A DNA stretch of 64,000 nucleotides from the human T2T-CHM13v2.0 reference genome, Homo sapiens. A model generated the notes under the pieces. The model searched no databases, was not told the DNA's origin, and saw nothing but the letters and a program-made list of their open reading frames with translations. Positions within the stretch are counted from its first letter, which is position 1; every line of letters starts with the position of its first letter. The DNA is taken from the NCBI RefSeq assembly GCF_009914755.1, contig NC_060936.1; one strand, 5' to 3'. The translations under genes were made by a program, and so were the position numbers. Positions 57,270-64,000 of the stretch are shown here, one piece after another.

Positions 57270-57495
57270 TAAGAGTTAAGATAAGAACATGAGTCTTACA
57301 GCTCCACTATCCATGTTCAAATTCTTGCTGAATGATTGGGGAAACTTACCCAACCTCTCTGGACCTCAGGTTATTCACAAGTAATACGAATATAACAGTA
57401 TTTGATAGAGCCAATTAAATGAGTTAATATTTGCAAAATGCTGAAATCAGTGCTTGCCCCATAATGAATACTCAATAGGTATTTAGATATTTTTA
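57270..57495 (+). mobile_element. MIR
   Basis: gttcaaattcttgc...aacctctctggacctcag...attaaatgagttaatatttgcaaaatgct...ctcaatagg. Confidence 0.75.
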
Positions 57496-57799
57496 TTCTT
57501 ATCTTTCCTCCCAAGCCCAACCTAGTGTAGAAACTTCTGGAATGGTTGAATTGAAGGAGAAATAGTATAAACAGTATAAAAAGGTAAACTTTTTAAAAAG
57601 AGAATCATGAAGTAGTGCTTCTACAGAGATTGGGGGATGGCAAACAACCCATGGAGTAAATTCACAAGACTTGACACTTAAGGATCCAAGAGGGCTGCAT
57701 GAGATGAGTCCAGGTAGACCTCGTAGACAAATCTTAGATGGAGTTAACTCAGGAAGCCAAGGAGTATGAGCCAGTAGTCATCCTGAGCAAGGATAATAA

Positions 57800-58468
57800 T
57801 TTTTCTTTCTGCCTGCCTTCTTGCCTTCTTGTCTCCTTGCCTACCTTCCTTCCTTTCTTCCAGCTTTCCCTCCCTCTTTTCCTTCCTTCCCTATCTCCAT
57901 CCCTCCCTTCCTTTCCTCCCTCCCTCCCTTCTTTCTTCTTCCCTTTCCTCCTTCTTTCCTTCCTTCATTTCTTCCTTCTTTCCTTTCTTCCTCCCTCTCT
58001 CCTACCCTTCTTCCTTGCTTCCTTCCTCCCTCCCTCCCCTCCCTTCCTTCCTTTTCCTTCCTTCCTTTCCTTCCCTCCTTCTTCCTCCCTCTCTCCCTCC
58101 TTCCCTACTTCCCTCCCTCCTACTTTCTTCTGTTTCCTCTTTCCTTCCTCTCTTCTTCTTTCCTCCCTCTCTTCCTTCCCTCCCTCCCACCTTCCTCCCT
58201 TTCCTCTTCCTTCCTCTTTCTTCCTTCTTTCCTTCCTCCCTCCCATCTCCTTCCTTCCTTCCTTCTTTCTTTCCTTCATTCCTCCCTCCCTCCCTTCCTT
58301 TTTTCTCTACCTCCCTCCCTCCTTCCTTCTTCCTTTTCCTCCTTCTTTCCTTTCCTTTCTCCTTCCTTCCCTCCCTCCCTTCCTGCCTTCCACCCTTCCT
58401 ACCTTCCTGCCTTCCTGCCTGACTTCCTTTCTTCCCTCCCCCTTCCTTCTTTCTTGCCTTCCTGCCTT
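57800..58468. repeat. ~660-bp degenerate (CCTT/CCCT/CTTT)n polypyrimidine tract
   Basis: Almost exclusively C/T on the + strand, with CCTG-type units at both ends. Confidence 0.97.
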
Positions 58469-58935
58469 GCAGTCACCGAATGTTTTTTGAGTGACTATGA
58501 TGTGCCAAGACCCGGTATAAGGGTGCACGAAATAAAGTCTCTACCCTCAGGAGCTTACTTCCTAGTGGGGGAGACAGATTATAAACAAAGACACAAATAG
58601 GTAATATACTATTATGTGGTGAAAAATGCTACGAAGGGAAAGTCACAGGGAGCATTTTTGTTTGTTTTTTTTTTGTTGTTTTATGTAGAATGGTCACAGG
58701 TGCCTCTCTGAGGAGCCCTTGGAGCAGACACCTGAATGAAGTGAAGCCACATGCCTGGAGAACAAATATTCAGACTGAGATAAGAGTGAACACACACCTG
58801 CAGTGAGAGAGAGAGAGAGTTGGGTGTGATTTGCAGACCTGTAGGAAGGCCAGTGTGGTTGGGCAGAGGGAGCAGGGAATGTAGGCAGGGGCCAGATCAC
58901 CCAGTATTTGTAAACTGAGGCATGGACTGAATGAT
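58469..58935 (-). mobile_element. L2 3' portion
   Basis: ttgagtgactatgatgtgccaag...ccctcaggagcttacttcctagtgggggagacag...cctctctgaggag...ggggccagatcac. Confidence 0.8.
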
Positions 58936-61878
58936 AGGGCGGCTTCATTCATCCACCAAACCACGTGCTGAGTAATCTACCCCAATTCCAAAGCATGAAC
59001 TTGACAACTGCTTCTTCATAGTAATAGATGAAGGATAAAAAAATTTAAAAAGCATATAGATGAGCCAACTTTTATGTGCTTAAAGTGAAAACAATCATGT
59101 CTATAAGACAAAAGAAGGAAAGACATTTGACATGCTCCATGTACCTGAGATTCATCTCGTGTTAATAAAATGTTGAACATATTACACTATTGGCCGGTGT
59201 TTAGTTTCAGCTGAGGAACTAATTCCTAAAGCTGCAGCCTGGGCGATGGGGAGATAGGGTGGACACTGAGACAGGGCATGGAGGAATTCAGATGGTATTT
59301 ACCCCAGAAATATTTACTGAAATTGGGAATGCTGAGTCAAGCCTAGCCATGCTAGAGGGCCTTGGGAAGGCAGTTACTAGAATCTCCTTGATTTTTTTCC
59401 AATTTCAGAAGAAGCAACAAGAAGAAAGTGTCTTGACTAATCCTTCTAGTGAAAGATATTCACTTTTATAATAAGGTGCTTGTCTACACAGAGGTTTCTG
59501 AGTCAAAGGAGGAGAACGTACAAAATAGACCGAAAGAAGAGCCTGCCTAGCTGCTCTTTTTCTTTTGTAATTACCAAGATCCCGACGGTTTATACCCACT
59601 CAACTGCAGGTGCTGGGAGAGGAGAGGCTACTGTGACAAAAATTATATAAAGAAGAGCCCAGCAGATGCATTTCCAGATAAACAATGTAAAACATAGTCT
59701 ATGTAAGTGCCATAAAATTTCACTAATAAAAAACACACATGGCTCAGGGAAACATTTATTATCAAAATGGAAGCAGGAAAGGGCATATGCTAAGTCTTAT
59801 TCATTTCAATAAATAGCAGAACGTGAATTGATAAAAGTTCTTAATTGAAAAACAGTTGCTCATTTGTAGTTTGATATTTAAAAGCTTTCTAAACATGTAT
59901 TTATTTTGTTTTGCCTTGAAGTAATTAGCTATTAGACTAACTATTTTCTTTTCATGTCAGGTACACAGTGGCTCCAAAGTCAAAACAAGGTTAGATTGGA
60001 AGGAAGCAAACAATGAAATTGAAGGGAAATATCGACACTTCTCAATCAATGAAAATGCATCAGCATGTATGAGCATCTTTAGCTGGCAATAATACATCAG
60101 AAATAAATAATGTTAGCAAAAGAGACAGCATCATTGGCTATTCATAGTATGTATTCACGGTTGTACAATAAAATTCTAAAGGCTGAGGTTGAAAGTGAAT
60201 AAAAATTATTAGTTCTAAACACTTGAAAATTCCAGCAGCTTAGACATATTTTTGTATGCTTTCAGTGCCCCAAATGTAAAACTTAAATCATTTTATGAAA
60301 AAACCTTGTTCAATCTTTTAAGAAATTTGCATTTCATTGCAAAGATGGAACATAGCATCCTTGGCTGAGTTATTTTCTATAGAAGTCAGTGCCATTTTGT
60401 GGTATATGATTAGCACATTCTAAAGGCAAAGATTCCAGAACGTTTAAATTTAGTTGTGAAAAACTGAAGGCATTTATCCATTCATATATAAGCATGAAAA
60501 TGCAAGCTTCACTTTCTCAGTATGTTTAAATGCCACATATTATAATGGGAATTCTAGAAGATGTGATCATCAAACTCTGATTTCACGCTTAGAAATCAAA
60601 TAAAAAAGAGACTGGCCTATAATTAGAAAATTAGTCAAGTCAGATCTAATATCAACACATGGTTGTCACAGAACAAAAAATTTTTGCTTTGAGAAAAATG
60701 AGATATCATTCTGGATGAATATTCTGGGTCAGTAGAAAATAGGGAATCAAAGTATAGAAATAAAGTGTTTATGTCACTGTAAAACTTCTAGTTTTCTAAA
60801 ATAAAATTTAAATATCTGAAATAGCAGTTTATACTTCATACTCATACAGTCAATAGACATTGGTAGCTTAAGAAAGAACTTGGTAAGTGATGATTTAAAG
60901 AGTGATATAGATTCAGTAGTATTCAATATACAGTTGTAATTGATGAGCTCATCAAACTATGGAATTTGGGATATTTACATAATATTTACATTATATAATA
61001 TGGGAGAGATAGCAAGTATCTATAAAGAGTTTAAATTCCCATACTAGGAAATGTATAGTTTGTTTTAATCTATGTCTACATTTAAAGTAGATTTTTTTTT
61101 CAGAGACAGCATATAGTTGGGTATTGCTTTTTAAATTTTTAAATCTAATCTTTGTCTTTTAAATTATATTTAACGTAGTTGTTGATATGGTTGAATTTAT
61201 GTCTATTACCTTGCTACTTGTTTTCTATTTATCCCATTTATTCTTGTTTTTTTCCCTCAATGTCTGCCTTCTTTTGGATTATTTGTTTTAGTATTCCATT
61301 TTATTTCCATTAGTGGTTTATTAGTTATACCTCCTTTTAAATTTATTTACCTAATTTTAGTTGGTGCCACAAGGCTTAAAGTATAAATCTGTAGTTTATT
61401 TTTGGAGGATCTTTGCCCCACAGATTCCAGTCTTACCATGCTATTTATTTTTTAGCGATTTGATTACGCTCTGGTCAATATGTGATTATGTGCAAACTGT
61501 GTGTGTGTGCGTGTGTGTGTTTATCTTGCTTGAGGTTTGTTGAATTTCTTGGATCTGTGGGCTTAGAGTACTCACATAAAACTTAAAATAAATTTCTATA
61601 TTCTTTTTTCTGGTATACTGTCTATGCACTCTTAATTCATATAGTCATGTTTTTATGTCAGATATTCCATTTTTTGTCTTTAAATAATATACCAATTAAT
61701 GTATAACGTGATCCTTACAATAGTTATACTTCTATTTCCCCATTTTTCCTGCTATTGTGATAATACATTTTACTTCTATATATGACAAAAAACCCCATGA
61801 TATACATAACAGTGTATATAATAATAACATATTTTTGCTTTAAATAGCTAAGTCTTTTAAATAAATTTTTAAAACGAG

Positions 61879-62221
<343 letters not shown>

Positions 62222-62276
62222 TTACATCACTTCATTTCTTTGTGTAGACCTGAGTTTTTATGTGGTATCATTTTCT

Positions 62277-62586
<310 letters not shown>

Positions 62587-62961
62587 TATCTTTCTCTGGT
62601 TTTCACAGTTTATGGCAAGAAACCTGCAGAATTTCTTACCTTTGTTACTTTGTGAAGTGTCTTTTTTCTCTGGATGCTTTTAGATTTTTTTTTTTTTAGC
62701 AATTTAATTATGCTGTGGTTAATATGTGTAATTATGTGTAAGCTGCATATGTGTGTATGTGTGTGCGTGCGCTTATCTTGCTTGAGGTTTGTTGAATTTC
62801 TTGGATCTGTGGGTTTGTAGTCACACCAAATTTACATAATTTGGTAGCCATTATTTCTTGAGATATTATCCCCCATCCATTTTTTAATGTGTCCTTTTTT
62901 CCCCCAAATATACATGTTAGACTGCTTGATATTATTCCACAGGTCACTTAGGCTCTGCTAA

Positions 62962-63523
<562 letters not shown>

Positions 63524-64000
63524 GCACATAGGTATTTTAACATTCTTGTATGCTAGTTCCATTATCTCTGTCATTTCTGAATCTATTTCTATTTAATGCT
63601 TTTTTCCTCCTCATAATATGTCACATTTTCTTGTATCTTGTCTAGTAATTTTTGATAGAATGCTGAAGATTATAAATGCCAGGTCATCTGGATTTTGACT
63701 TCCTTAAAAAATATTAATTTTGGTTTTGGCAGGAAGCCAAACAAAAATCCAGATCTAAAGTCCAAGTTTCTAGATATTTGCCCCTCAGCTTCTAGCCTGA
63801 GCCTCTCCAAACTCCAGTCTCTGTCTTCTGAGTCAGCCAGGAAGTAAATCCAAGCTGTTTTGGGTTACCCTTCCCTCTGCTTATGGACCATAAATTGCCT
63901 CCTGGAAGAAACCTGGGGCAATTGTAGAAATCACTTTTTTTGTCTTCTTCCTCTCAGAGATCACAGCCCTAAGCTGCCTACAATCTGATGTTTGAAAACA

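Noticed and set aside
57738-58600. Long ORFs of 197-259 aa rich in P/S/F/L (+) and shorter G/R/K/E-rich ORFs (-)
   Set aside because: Artefacts of a CT microsatellite that can barely encode stop codons; open in all frames.

Overview
Primate genomic DNA (human-like: it carries AluY, L1PA, THE1 and MST elements) that reads as intergenic or deep-intronic. I see no protein-coding gene, RNA gene or CpG island. Roughly half or more of the window is interspersed repeat. That includes about 19 Alus, six L1 remnants (L1ME-like, L1MB7/8-like, L1MA9-like, L1MA1-3-like, L1PA4/5-like, L1MC/MD-like), MaLR solo LTRs (THE1, MST, MLT1), DNA-transposon fossils (MER82, MER44, MER5, Charlie4z, MER103C) and many L2/MIR fragments. 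The ORFs with a recognisable origin are Alu read-through, L1 remnants or low-complexity artefacts; the rest are short and look like chance. Subfamily names come from recalled consensus diagnostics and are approximate. I cannot support a new biological system here. The best observations are directly visible footprints of local template switching: a 59-bp templated insertion with an in-window donor and a ~30-bp target duplication (39.7 kb), a mosaic templated insert in an old L1 (61.4 kb), a 35-bp-arm near-perfect palindrome (56.9 kb), several small palindromes and tandem duplications. Other points of note are a 660-bp polypyrimidine tract grown from an L2 tail, a mosaic AluY/AluSg, and a few weak splice-site and enhancer candidates.
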